From contig JAYWIR010000010.1 of the NCBI GenBank assembly GCA_036172245.1, positions 1,860,001-1,924,000 on the forward strand: a stretch of 64,000 nucleotides of DNA. The letters run 5' to 3'. The stretch comes from Raillietiella orientalis. Its lineage: Eukaryota. Shown here piece by piece: positions 40,401-51,886 of this stretch (within the stretch, counting starts at the first letter, position 1; each line of letters opens with the position of its first letter). Made by a program: the position numbers and the translations under genes. The notes under the pieces are model-generated. The model did not search any database, was not told the DNA's origin, and was given only the letters and a program-made list of their open reading frames with translations.

Positions 40401-43400
40401 TGAAAGAGTATGGCAGAGCATCCCATAAACTGGCATCCTCATATGCGACCTTCCTTTGTTCTTTGCACACTTCTTCAGAAAGAGCTTCTGAATCAACTCG
40501 AGGAGAATACGATGTGTTCTTCAGCTGGGCAGAAGAAAATTTCGCGTTGATTTCACCAACGCAGGGGTTTGAAGAATACATCAAACTGGTGGACAAGGCG
40601 GCTGCACCGACCCCATGCACGAAGAAAACGCGCCCAAGCATCCGCTGGCATGCAAATTTCATTTCGTCCTCTGGCAATGTAATTGATCTCTTTGTCGGAA
40701 ACCATAAACTGCAACCAAGGGTCTCCCTTTCTGAAGAAGATAACGCTACTTCACTCGGACTTTCATGTCCGAGATGACCTATCTCGAAGACGCAGTCGAT
40801 AACTATCCTCGACAGGTTCAAGTTCTGCAATGGGACGTAAGGAGGGGCGATCCTCGACTTGAGTCTTGTTCTGGAGTATGAATTTCGTCGATCCCATCTG
40901 TTTTTGCCTTCACAAACATTGTGGCGTTTGTCTGTATTTTCAACACAAAATGAGAAGAAGGAAAAAAAGAAAAAAAAAAAACAAGCCCACCCGGTTCTCC
41001 AGCTTATGGAAAACGCCCCAGCTGCAGCACCCTTCGAAATAAAAGAATACGTAGGCAACTTGAGTCATGGACCCAATCTGGGACGGAGAACTCGAGAGAA
41101 CCAAAGACAAACTCGGAACTGACGAAAGTGCCATATCGAAAAAAGCAATGGATCACAAAAGTGCGCACCACCACAGTCCTGCGATGCCCGTTTCGTTTTC
41201 GCTTCGCCTCGCTGGATCTTCAGGGAATCCAGAAAACTGGGAGAAAAAAGAAAAACCGCTGCCACGGACAAGGTCACCAGCATGGATTTCTTATAGAACC
41301 ATTCGTTACACGAGAAGGAAGAGCTGTTCCGAACAGTTCGCCTCAAAAATCAACCCATCACCGCGCGAAGTCGACAACGAAACCACCCTGTAAACTGTCA
41401 GAACATCCGTCAGCATAAAAAGGGAGTAACAAAAACCAACCTGAAAATCTGCTGCTGCTGACGCCGTGCCCCCCCCCCCCCCCCCCCCCCAATACCCAAA
41501 TCAAACAAACTATTGAAACACATGATTGCCGTAGGAAAGCGATCCTCGGAAGAAATGCGCCTGAAGTTGCTCCTGACCATCCCACGCTTCTTCCAGTTTC
41601 ACAACACGACCGCCCACTCATCCATTCTACGAGGCGCATTCCAAAAGTAGGAGCCGATCACATAGAAAGGAAGAACGAATAAGGGAAACAAAAACGTGTT
41701 AGTGGTTCGGAACACATACATCCCCCTGCCATTTTTCTACGTAATCACCATTTTTTCCCCAAACACTTTTGATACCGTGGAACACGCTTTTCGAAACCCT
41801 CGGTGTAAACGTCACTCGGCGGGACTTTAAGGTGGGCGATCAAAAAGCTCCCATTCGAATTTCCGAATTGTCTGGAATGTGACGACGGCAGTGTGTCGGA
41901 CCAAAAGGGTGCTCTTTTGGAGGACCTTATGGAGCCAGGAACAACCATCTACTGTGCGCAAGTCTACTGTGTAGAAACACTTTCAAAGCTGCGGCGTGCC
42001 ATTCGGAACCGACGACGTGGGATGCTGAGAGATCAGGAAGTGTTCTTCTCCTTCACGACAACGCGCACATGCTGTCCCCACATCCCGGACAATTCGGAAA
42101 TTTAAAGGGGAACTTTTGATCATCCACATTACAGTCCTGCCCACTGACTACCACGTCTTCCTGCGCCTCAAGAAGTGGCTCAACGATTCGAGGGGGAAAG
42201 AGAGGAGTTGAAAACCGCAGTGCTGCTGAACCGACTGAACTCCCAGGCGGCGGAATTTCATGCAGACGGTTCCAAAAAACTTCTTCCGCGGTATCAAAAG
42301 TGTTTGGAAAAAAAAAATGGTGACCATGTAGAAAAATGACATGGGGATGTACGTGTTTCGAACCACCAATACATTTCTGTTTCCCTTATTTGTTCTTTCT
42401 TTAGATCCGATTCGCCCTTACTTTTGAGATGCGCCTCGCACAACCTTGCACAAATGTGTGACCGCTCGAAATCGAGAGGAAAAAATGCACATTTTCCGAT
42501 TTGCGGCACGAAAAAAAACAAACAAACAAAAACAAAAAGAACGTAAACAAGTACCCACAAATGTCATTCCTCCTCACCACTGCCTCTAGAATGCATGGAC
42601 TTATGAGATTGCACACCTTTTCCATTTTTTGTTAGTTTTGGAACATAAGGTTCCCACATGAGGCCAGAATAGGCATCCATGCAATACTCATAAAGATGAG
42701 TCACTCAGCATTACGACAACACAAGAAACATCCGGAGAGAAGTTTTCGGATTTGCGGTTTTTCACGAAGTTTTCAAGAACCGAAGAGTTCTCTCAGGATT
42801 GAACTCTTCAAGATGGAAGATATCCTAAGAGGAGACCACCCTATGAACCCAGGAAGGGCTCCAGAGGAGGGAGTCCCGTTCCTCTCACGCCTGGGGAGAG
42901 ATCGTCGAAGAGAACCCTCCACCTTGGTTGTCTCTGAAGGGAATCTCCTCCTCCTTATTCTCTTTGGAGGGACCCTGGAAGGTGGTGGAGCTCCATTGTT
43001 TCTTCTACGAAGGGAACCCCGAAAGGAGCCGCTCCTAGAATTCCTTCTCCGGAAAGAACCCGCAGGGGAACCGGTCCCTGTTCCTCCTTTAAAAAGAAAG
43101 GCGAAGGAACGCTTTCAAATTTTCTCTGAAGGGTCCTCCCCAAAGGGAGCAGCACGCTTCTTGCACTCTGGAGAGAAGGATCATCAAGCTACTAGCTCCA
43201 TGGTACGACCCGCTCCTTTACACAACTGGAGAGGAATCCCCAAGGGAATCGGATCCCTTGATTCAGTTCTTGGAAGGATCCCGGAGGATCAACTCCCAAT
43301 CCCAGCCACTCATCGGGGGCATCCAGTTTTAACCGCCACCGGTGCCGCACCCGAATGAATAAAGGCGAAGCGGCGTCATCTTGCAGGAGGAACTGGAACC

Positions 43401-44971
43401 CACGACTCGCACCCATCTCTCGCAGTCGATCCTCCCCCCAAGGGGATTCGAACCCGCGACGCCTGGTGCCACGCGCGGAGACCGCAGCCACACGGCCACC
43501 AACGCGGCGGTAATTCCGCGGGAGAACCACACGAGGTTCACGCGGCAAGTTCGTTCCGACCGACCCCATCTCCAGTCTTCCGACAACTATTAGTAGATAG
43601 AGTAGTAACCGAATCAAGGGAATCGAAGCTTGCTGCATGAGTGCTAAACGACCAGAGCGAACCACGGAACGCAACACTTGAGGACACACGATCCGAAGCC
43701 TCTTCTATCCTTCGGGATACATCACCTCCGGGTAAACACACAAGAACACCGGGAAAGAGAACGTAGCTGTTTCATCACATCTTTTTATAAGAGAAGACAC
43801 AGGAAGCGATGACCCAACAGACCACGCTCACGCCCCAGAAACCAGTCATCTCTTCTTTGTTTCCACCTCTTCCTCCACAGAAATCGCTGCGGAATGAGGA
43901 GAGAAAGCAAAGGCTACGTGCGCTTCACACATGTGCCTACGCAGTTTCCGGATAGTCACTGCTGACGTCAGTGGAAACGTTAGCTGCGAATCGCGGCCCC
44001 TTTGCTCCCAATTCATCCCAAATCAGATCATTTTATTATTATTAAATCTATCAAGCACCCATGTGCCTGGCAACGCGGAGGGCAACATGGCTGCAGTTGA
44101 AAAACCCTCGCACACGGAAGCAGCAGACACTCGGAAGACGAGTTCACGGAACGATGCCGAATCCACCTACCTCCAGCACAGGACCAGCTCCCAGAACAAT
44201 GCGTTCGATTCCAGAACCATGGGTTCCCTTGGGACTGGAAGCAGTCATATGGTGCAAGAGAAAGTTGGTACTCTCTGTTTTCCCTGATCCCGATTCTCCG
44301 CTGATCACGATGCACTGGTGGCGGCGTTCGTCGATCATCGAATGGTACACATAGTCCGCCAGGGCAAAGATGTGTGGGGGCAACTCTCCCAACGATCGCC
44401 CTTGGTACAGCTTGAGAAACTTGGGATTGTAAATGGGGAGGAACCGGAATGGGTTGATGGCGATGAGGATGGTGCCAATGTAAGTGTAAATGCATCCAGC
44501 TTCGAAACGCTGCCTCAGGCTGAACGACAACGACTCTTCAGACAATTCTGGTAGCTGGCACAAGTCCGGGTACGGTAGCTCGGGGAGAGGAGACGGCAGA
44601 AGGCGCCACAAGGGTTCTGGGAGGAGATCCTTCAAAGGATTCGACTCCTCTCTTTGCTTCCTCAGACAGAAGTAGTAGGAAGCGCATCGTTCGCATGCCG
44701 AAGGCCAGACTAGCTGAAGAGCTGCGGGAGTCTCAAAGTCCGCCAGCCGCCTCTCCTTGCAAATTTCCCCATCGGCAGTCCGGATGACTTCGAAGAACTC
44801 GTACCTCTGTGTACGGTCAAGTTGCAACTTTTGCACGATCCGATCAATCACGTCGCGGGTGGAGCAGTTCTTGATCACTTGGATGGTCGTCAACGATGGA
44901 GCGTCGTCAAGTCCACTGGTATCCACATCCAGAGAGTACATCACGACGCGCTGCCGCTCTGAAAAAGACAT
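34417..44971 (-). CDS. MYO9: Unconventional myosin class IX (RA domain, motor, IQ motifs, two C1 domains, RhoGAP); hum-7/MYO9 ortholog
   Basis: Exon 1 44971-44171: RA domain, [16 protein letters not shown]-loop GESGSGKT. Exon 2 39468-39374: [19 protein letters not shown]. Further: [25 protein letters not shown], class-IX loop-2 insert [25 protein letters not shown] motifs ([23 protein letters not shown]), two C1 domains, RhoGAP with GLYRKS arginine finger and NRMN...IFAP. Confidence 0.96.
40328..40777 (+). CDS. Possible terminal exon of a gene nested antisense in myosin IX intron 1
   Basis: ttcag acceptor at 40327 followed by a ~149-codon open frame with protein-like composition ([23 protein letters not shown]...); no homology recognised. 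Confidence 0.25.
   Translation: MTSRTKLERKLILECRGVSKQRKKLKEYGRASHKLASSYATFLCSLHTSSERASESTRGEYDVFFSWAEENFALISPTQGFEEYIKLVDKAAAPTPCTKKTRPSIRWHANFISSSGNVIDLFVGNHKLQPRVSLSEEDNATSLGLSCPR
41700..42370 (+). mobile_element. Degenerate mariner (Tc1/mariner) transposase remnant plus inverted copy of its 3' end
   Basis: 41893-42340 (+) gives fragments [53 protein letters not shown] and [15 protein letters not shown], typical of the mariner catalytic/C-terminal region, with frameshifts. 41700-41790 is a diverged reverse complement of 42285-42368. Confidence 0.85.
42720..43510 (-). mobile_element. tRNA-derived SINE-like element, copy 2 (best-preserved head)
   Basis: Minus strand: gcgttggTGGCCGTGTGGctgcggtctccgcgcgtggcaccaggcgtcgcgGGTTCGAATCCcc (Pol III A and B boxes), then a ~700-bp body homologous to 56468-56995 and 350-880. 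Confidence 0.75.
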
Positions 44972-44973
44972 AG

Positions 44974-44980
44974 CTGAAAA
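44974..44980 (-). promoter_or_regulatory. 3' splice/trans-splice acceptor (TTTTCAG) 2 nt upstream of the myosin IX ATG
   Basis: Minus strand reads ...ctgTTTTCAG ct ATG TCT, matching the nematode acceptor consensus. Cis versus SL trans-splicing cannot be decided from sequence. Confidence 0.5.
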
Positions 44981-47900
44981 CAGGTTCAAGGCGGACATCC
45001 GCGTTACTAGGAAAATACTGACATCAACACGCAACGGGGGGGGGGGGGGGAAGGTAATAAATCCGAGAAATACTCAAAGATGAAATCTGTGGGCAAAGAG
45101 AAAGAAGATTCGCTGGATCCAAGATAGCCTAAGAGGTTCTGGAAAGCCGACGTACTTCTGTCATTTGCCGTCGTTCTTTCAACTTTTGTAAGTTTTACAT
45201 CCGCCGCGTTGGAAATCCGCTGGATGGCAAAAAGATTTTGGGGGTTAGCTGATTACTTTGCTCGTCTTTCCTACGCTTTCCCCCCTCCTCGCATCAAAAC
45301 CCTGAACTGTGCTGCAGAATAGGAACTGGGTCTTCGATTCACACCTCCATCACAGAAGCCTTCCCGGCCCATTCACGAGGTTTGTGCTATCTGGATCGCC
45401 GCTCTTCACCAACAAACTTCATGGATTCGTCTCCCCTGCGGCTCGCTTGTGCACTAACGGACACCTCTCAGCTGAAAAGCCTCCTTGCACTTTCAGTTTT
45501 CGGTCTTCGGGATCAGAGTGATCTTTACACTTCTCGTGGACCCTCGAAAAAAGCGGGAACTGCATGGAGACCGTCCGCAGCGGTTCACAAACCGACGTCC
45601 GTTCGATCTGCTTCGGAGGCGTGAAAGCTCAAATCGCCGAAATGTGATTTGAGTCTTCATTTAGAACTTTCCGTGATCTCCATTATCTTCTGTTATCGGT
45701 AAAATACTCTGATGGCTTAAACGTCACACAGGCTGTCGCTGCTCGGCTACCCTACGATCCATTGCCCGTTCATTACCACCTGCCTGCTTTCATCGAGATC
45801 ATCTTTACAGTGCAAGAAGTTTCCTGCGATGCTGCCGACCTCCTGTCTCTATGTTCGACGACTCGGATCTGTTCCCGACAACGAACCAGCACAACAAGTC
45901 CAGTGTCCAATGATGCACTCCTGTTCTCTACCTTTCCTCCGTCCAGGCATTTTGGTGTATCCACTTACACGAGCGATCTAGCATGGATTCAGGAGACGAG
46001 AAGACAGGATTGTTTTCCTGAGTGTTCGGAAGGCTCAAGGTGAACTGGTGCGTGTTAAGCACGAAACCAAGAACATGTGGAAGTGCTGCCAGCACAATTA
46101 AAAAAAAATAAAAAAAAACACACACACACACACACACATTTCAACATCGGGGGAAAAACTTTGAAAGTTGTCTTGGAGTTTAAGGAATGCTGGTTACGGA
46201 TATAAGCGTATGCACGCTGACGAGAGCAAGATTTGAAAACTTTTCTCTGAAGGAATAAAACTCCTCTCCGTGTCCCAGTACCCCTCCTATTAAAGTAAGT
46301 ATAAAGCAAGATTATATAAGATTGCTCTCAATAGATGACCGAAACATCGAGCACGTCTTTCCCTTAGACTGAATGTTTAGTTGGCCAGCAACTTAAAAGA
46401 AGCTTGAGCTGGTTTATGAGAGAACTGTTGTTTTGGACTGGTCCCTCCCGTCTCTCCCACACCCCCACACCCCTTCATTTCATACGAACTTTCTCAAAAA
46501 TCCGTCAAAATAGCTACGCCAGATAGTTGTGCAAGAAGAAAAGAATCTGCAGCACGTACATACACGGTGATCCTACATAATTACCCAAACTGTTAGAAAT
46601 AGGGGTAGCTGATCTGGGAATGAAGTTGCACGCGCATTCCACCTTCCTAGGGTTTTCAAGATGATGAAGATGGTTTCCTTCAGTGATATCAACCGAATGC
46701 CAAGAAGAACGCACAGCGTCCTCGCCGTCCACGCTTTTTCCCGCCACGTTTGGGTGAATTTGCGGCGCAAGTTCTTTCATGGCGGCCTTGATGAGGATGC
46801 TGAATCGGACTGCGAAAGCTTTCCTAACACAGGCAGAAGAAAAATTCCACAGAAAACGCTTTGGTACTTTTTATGGGATTTTTCATCTGCTCCTACTTTC
46901 CCTGGATGCAAACCTGTGCAACGTTCCGTCCAGTTGTGTACGGGCATTGTCTAGTTGGGCCCACTCTACTCAAAAGCTGCACGCTCAGTCATCTATGCTG
47001 CCCATTCAAATGGCATATTTTGCAACCACTGTTCACTTTTATGGTTGCATACCGAGAAAACCGAAGTCGCTTATCTTGTATTTCCGCTTACTTGAAGACA
47101 GAAGGATCTAATTTTAAAAATTCACTGCTTGCGCAACAAAACTTAGTAAGCAGGAGAATACGGTTGGCATTAACGACAAAAAGTGCACGCAGCATTCTCA
47201 ACAGTGTTGAAAACACGCTGAAGGATGCTTAAGGAGAGATCACTGTTGTCAAGCAGAACGTGCTTCAGGACCGAACAGTTACCAGGTAATCAGCGGTGAA
47301 GCGTCACAAGCCTGCTTATATCGCTGCAGCCACCAACTTCCTGTTTCCTCCCTAGTGTGCCGCACGCTGGACCCCTATTGCAATCCCACCGCCACGGATA
47401 CGACTAAGGCACGGGAATAGGGCAGGGATGGCTGGGCAATCGTTATTTGTAACCGATGCGGAATTTTGTCCCAATTCTTCTTTTCTTTCGCTGAGTGTGT
47501 GCGGATTCTTATCTATCTACTCAAAGTTTCGACTTTAACATTCACGTAGAACGAAATCCTAATCTCCATTAAAGCAAAATTCATGGTACGTTTATGAAGC
47601 AATACCAATTATCTGAATATCATGGGACTTGACTCTTGATTTTTAAATCTTGGATCTCGATCGTTTTCCCTCTGTGATTAAAAAAAAAAAAATCAATAAA
47701 ACGTAAAGGAAATCTCAACACACAAAAAAATGTCCTTGGAATGCCTTATTCTTTTTGCAAATAATATGCTGAAAACACCTTATTTTACGCAAGACAAAAA
47801 AAAAGTGAGGCTGTTTATAAGAATTCGATCCATTTTAACGTACTTTCTACAGCAGCCATCTATCTGGACCCAACAAACCAGAATATTGTCGACAGAAATA

Positions 47901-48140
47901 AGAGCAAATGAGACAGGAAATGGGAGGACTGTTTTGAACAGGCTACACAAAATTAGTTGAAAATGGTGCGGAAACTGAAATGCCGATCTCCGCTACCTGA
48001 AGACAGACTTTCACTTTTCTTTCATATGAGAAGGATTTGTATCAGAGCTATGTAATAACTTGCTAGCTAGCAAGAGCACTTGAAACATCTCATAAAATCA
48101 GCATTCCATGTCAAAAGGGAGTGTGCATCCGAACGCATTA

Positions 48141-48370
48141 TTCCTGCCGACTGCAGAACGTGGACCGTCGCTGTCGCTTCCGCTTCCACTTCGGATCCAG
48201 TGGTCTCAGAGCGACCGGAAAGCACTCCAACAAGCATTTTCGAGCGCGCCTTGTTTGCAGACACCAACTTGTTCGAGTGTTCGAGAGGCCGTTTCCACAC
48301 ACGAGTCACGTGAGAATTCGAGTGGAGACGGTTGCTACTTTCGTAGAATGGCAATTCTATCTGTATACAT
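48141..48370 (+). repeat. Dispersed ~225-bp repeat, copy A
   Basis: Nearly identical direct copy at 51664-51886 (ttcctgc.gactgcagaacg...agaatggcaattctat.tgtatacat). Confidence 0.95.
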
Positions 48371-49764
48371 AAACGGTAAAGTGTTTATTATCATTTCTTA
48401 GCGATTTTGAAATCGTTCGCAGATCGGAGTCCTCACTCGAAAAAAAAACAAAAAACTCGAGTTAGCAGTTGCTTGAAATTTATAAGGTATTTTTTTTAAT
48501 CTATCTTTCAAAACCCTGACACGGAACTTCGCGACCACATACCATTTCTACATACCGGAGAATCGGAACAAATCCGAAATGGCGCCAGGAAACACCTGGG
48601 CCCAAGTGGGCACAACGTGTGCTGCGGTATGCCCAGTGCAAGAAACACCTAAGGAGCGGGGGCGGGAAAAAAAAAAGACCAACGACACCCCACAATAAAT
48701 ACTCAGCGTGAGAGTAAACTGAATCCGACAACCAATTTAAAGCCTCTGCAGCACAATTTATGCAACAGTAAAATGTGTAACTTGCGCTGGTCTTCAACGG
48801 AAATGACTAAAGCAACAGGAAGGGGAGGGGAGGGGGGGGATTATAATCTAGCTGCTACAAAGAATCCATTTCTTCCCTTGAAACCTGTCGTGGCATCTTA
48901 ATCGACTGGACTTCAGTTCAGGTTTTCAAAACCATTTTTTAGAAAACAAAAAAAAAACAAAAAAAAACAAAGAAAAAATGCTTGCAAAATGAAAAACTTT
49001 CAATTTAAAGTGCTCGACATTCTTTACTGGAGGAAAAGGAAAACCATAGTCGTAAATCAGAATGATTGTCAAAATGGCTACATACATCAGCACCAGCAGC
49101 ACTCTTGAGCGCAAAGCCAAAAAACAGAAACGCGACTGGCATTCACCGAGTCCTAATTCCCCTTCAATACACTCGAAATTCCCTGCGCTTTGGGGACATG
49201 CGTGAAATTACAGTATTTCAAAGAACGCAAACTGATCCAACAAGCAAAGTGGACCACTTCTTTTTTTTTTTTCCTCTCTCTCTCTCTCCCTCCCCCCCCC
49301 CCCCTTCTTGGAACGATTCAGTGCACTCGGGAAGCGAGGTGTCAGGGAGAGAGCCACAACAGAAAACCACTTCAGGAACGAAGTAATAACTACGAAGGAC
49401 AGCTTACATTTGGTGCGTTGGTGCAGGCAATCCTCCCCATGGTGAACCGCCACCTCACTCTCGCAAGTTTCAAACACATCGCTTCCCACGCACATTGCCC
49501 GCCGCCTTCGAAGCCGCCACTGCCTCGAAGACTGCAAAAAGGGGGAAGAGAGGTGGCACTACTTTTTTTTTCCTTGGAGCGAGTTTCAGCACCCGGAGGA
49601 CGGCTGCAGGCACGTGGGATTCGTGCAAGACGTACGAGGAAGCGAAAAGAGCGCGTGATGACGAGGGAGGTTTTTTCCTCCCCCCCCCCCTTTCGTTTCC
49701 GAGAACACTTTAAAGCGTGGAGTTCTATGACCTTCTTCTCCTTGTGTCCTTGTCAGCTGATTAG

Positions 49765-50623
49765 ATCATCCGAAGGAATCTGCAGTAAACGCAAACAAGG
49801 AAGCGATTCCCCTTTTCCAGCGAGTGCTGTTGCAGGGTGAGCAAGCTGCGATGGTCTGCCAAGGTGGGGACGGAAGTGGATTTTTTTGCACGTGATTCAG
49901 CGATTCGAAACATTCGAGTTCGTTTCTCCTCTCGCGTGTGCACGGTCTGGTTCCAGCCCGGCTTTCCCGATGGACCGAGAAAGGGAGACGGGCTCAAAGT
50001 AGGGAGCCCGATGCTCGCATGGGCCCCCACTTCGTGACGGAGCTAACGGAGGTGCTGTTCCGGATGCCCCCACGGAATTGCGAACCCCCTGCCGGGAGTG
50101 GGCGTCGTGGTCGGGAATGTTTGCACGCGTCCACTCGGAAAATTCGCGGCGACCGACACACATCCGAGCCGGCGGCTCGCCTTCGATGACGAGGACTGCG
50201 TGCCAAATCAGTGGGAACAAAACCTCTTGTAAATAGCAGCTCGTGGGTGCTCGTCCTGCATTCTTCTCCTTTTCACCCTTTCATCCATCCTGCGCATCTT
50301 AAACGTAGATCGCGTACCACCGTTCCGTTCCATGTCCTTAGTGTACAGGAATCGAGTTTCAGTCCTCAGGGTGATTCAACCGAAGGCAAAAATGAAAAAT
50401 TACGGTAAGCTATCGTATTACGGAATTTTCGGATGCATTGGGTGGGTTGTTGGTGGGAGCACTCCTGCAGCCTCCAATTATTCGAGCGGCACATCAAATG
50501 AAACCGATAATAATGGCGGAATTTATTTCGTGTTGACCTCATAGTTGACTCATAGATGCACCAGGATATGAACATTTTTCAGCAAGGGATAAGATTCCTT
50601 CGAAAGTTAATGAAGAAGAATAA
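49765..50623 (+). CDS. Possible 3' exons of a small unknown gene
   Basis: Exons 49765-49836, 50309-50404, 50556-50623 join through consistent phase-1 GT-AG introns (gtgag, gtaag donors): ..HPKESAVNANKEAIPLFQRVLLQDRVPPFRSMSLVYRNRVSVLRVIQPKAKMKNYDAPGYEHFSARDKIPSKVNEEE*. No homology, 5' end not found. Confidence 0.3.
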
Positions 50624-51663
50624 GGCTTTTTTTTAATTATTATTATTATTAATGAGAAGCGCTAGACATGAGTGAGTGCATTTTGAATGTCTTCGTGAAT
50701 GCTTCTCGATCCTTCACTCCTGGGACACAGAATATGGGACCACGTTGGAACATATTTTTAGCAAGGCGTTTGAACTCTAAGGATAGCAGAAAAGTTTCGA
50801 AAGAGCGGCTCCACACTTATCTGGTATGTGCTTGATTTTCCGGATACCTATCTCTGTAACGCCGTGATATTTTCTCTTTAGAAGTCTCGAAAAGAAGCGA
50901 CCAGTCAATGGGAAGCAAATTTTCATCCAGAGATTCAGTATCCTGATGACGTAATGCGGAAATTGATTGCAGTCCGGAAGCTGCTCCCCCAAATCTGACC
51001 ATCCGGCAAGATCGAGTGAAAAATAAAGCACTCGAATCGACGTACATGACGAGCTTGGGCTTCATCCGCCAGGAGCATTCCAGCCTGGGAAACTCTCGAA
51101 GTTCCTGTAAATGCCTTTCAGATATCTTTTTAACGCTCGACTTAAGCATGGGGAAAAAAGAGATTTATAAGTGTTAAGTACAAAGAGGAGAAGAAGCCAG
51201 GTTTAGGCGAATTCAGTTCCATCCATCTCAGAGAGCTTCAGCTTTGTCATGTGCGTTTGTGTGTGCCTTTAATCGGAATGACGTCCTCAAGGAAGAGGGG
51301 GGCAATCTTCAAGAGAGCGCCCGAACCAACATTGCCATTGAAGAATTCTTTGTTACGGAACAACGAGAACTGATTTTGCTCCTTCGGTTCCGATGTTTTT
51401 TCAACAAGACAAGTGTTTGTGTCTGGTTCCAGAGGATCGACTCAGAACCGACAACACAAGGCGGGGAATCCGTGAGGCTTCCGTGAAGAGAACCATTCAC
51501 TGCCTGTCCTTTTGATGCGCTCCATAAGCTCCAGGCCCTGCGGGAAGCTGGGAATGTACCAACGAGCTCTGTGTGATCTTCAGTGATCCGCCGAGGTCCA
51601 ATTCAGAAGCTCGCTTCTTTCGTTGATCTGCTCACAGTTGCATCTCCAAACTACCGTTCGCTG

Positions 51664-51886
51664 TTCCTGCTGACTGCAGAACGTCGCTGTCGCTTCCGCT
51701 TCCGCTTCGGCTCCAGTGGTCTCAGAGCGACCGGAAAGCACTCCAACAAGCATTTTCGAGCGTGCCTTGTTCGCAGACACCAACTTGTTCGAGTGTTCGA
51801 GAGGCCGTTTCCACACACGAGTCACGTGAGAATTCGAGTGGAGACGGTTGCTACTTTCGTAGAATGGCAATTCTATTTGTATACAT
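51664..51886 (+). repeat. Dispersed ~225-bp repeat, copy B
   Basis: Matches 48141-48370 except for one short indel and a few substitutions. Confidence 0.95.

Noticed and set aside
40324..41058. 244-aa minus-strand ORF
   Set aside because: Runs through a poly-T tract inside a myosin intron; no homology; probably the shadow of the plus-strand frame.
42696..43358. 220-aa plus-strand ORF
   Set aside because: Antisense to the SINE-like body; the frame is not conserved in the other two copies.
43430..43510. Functional tRNA gene
   Set aside because: A and B boxes are present but no convincing cloverleaf or acceptor stem, and it is attached to a repeated body, so it is treated as a SINE head.
50935..50980. 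Hammerhead-like core CTGATGA-cgtaatgcg-GAAA...GTC
   Set aside because: Stems II and III are only ~3 bp with G-U pairs and stem I cannot form; likely chance.
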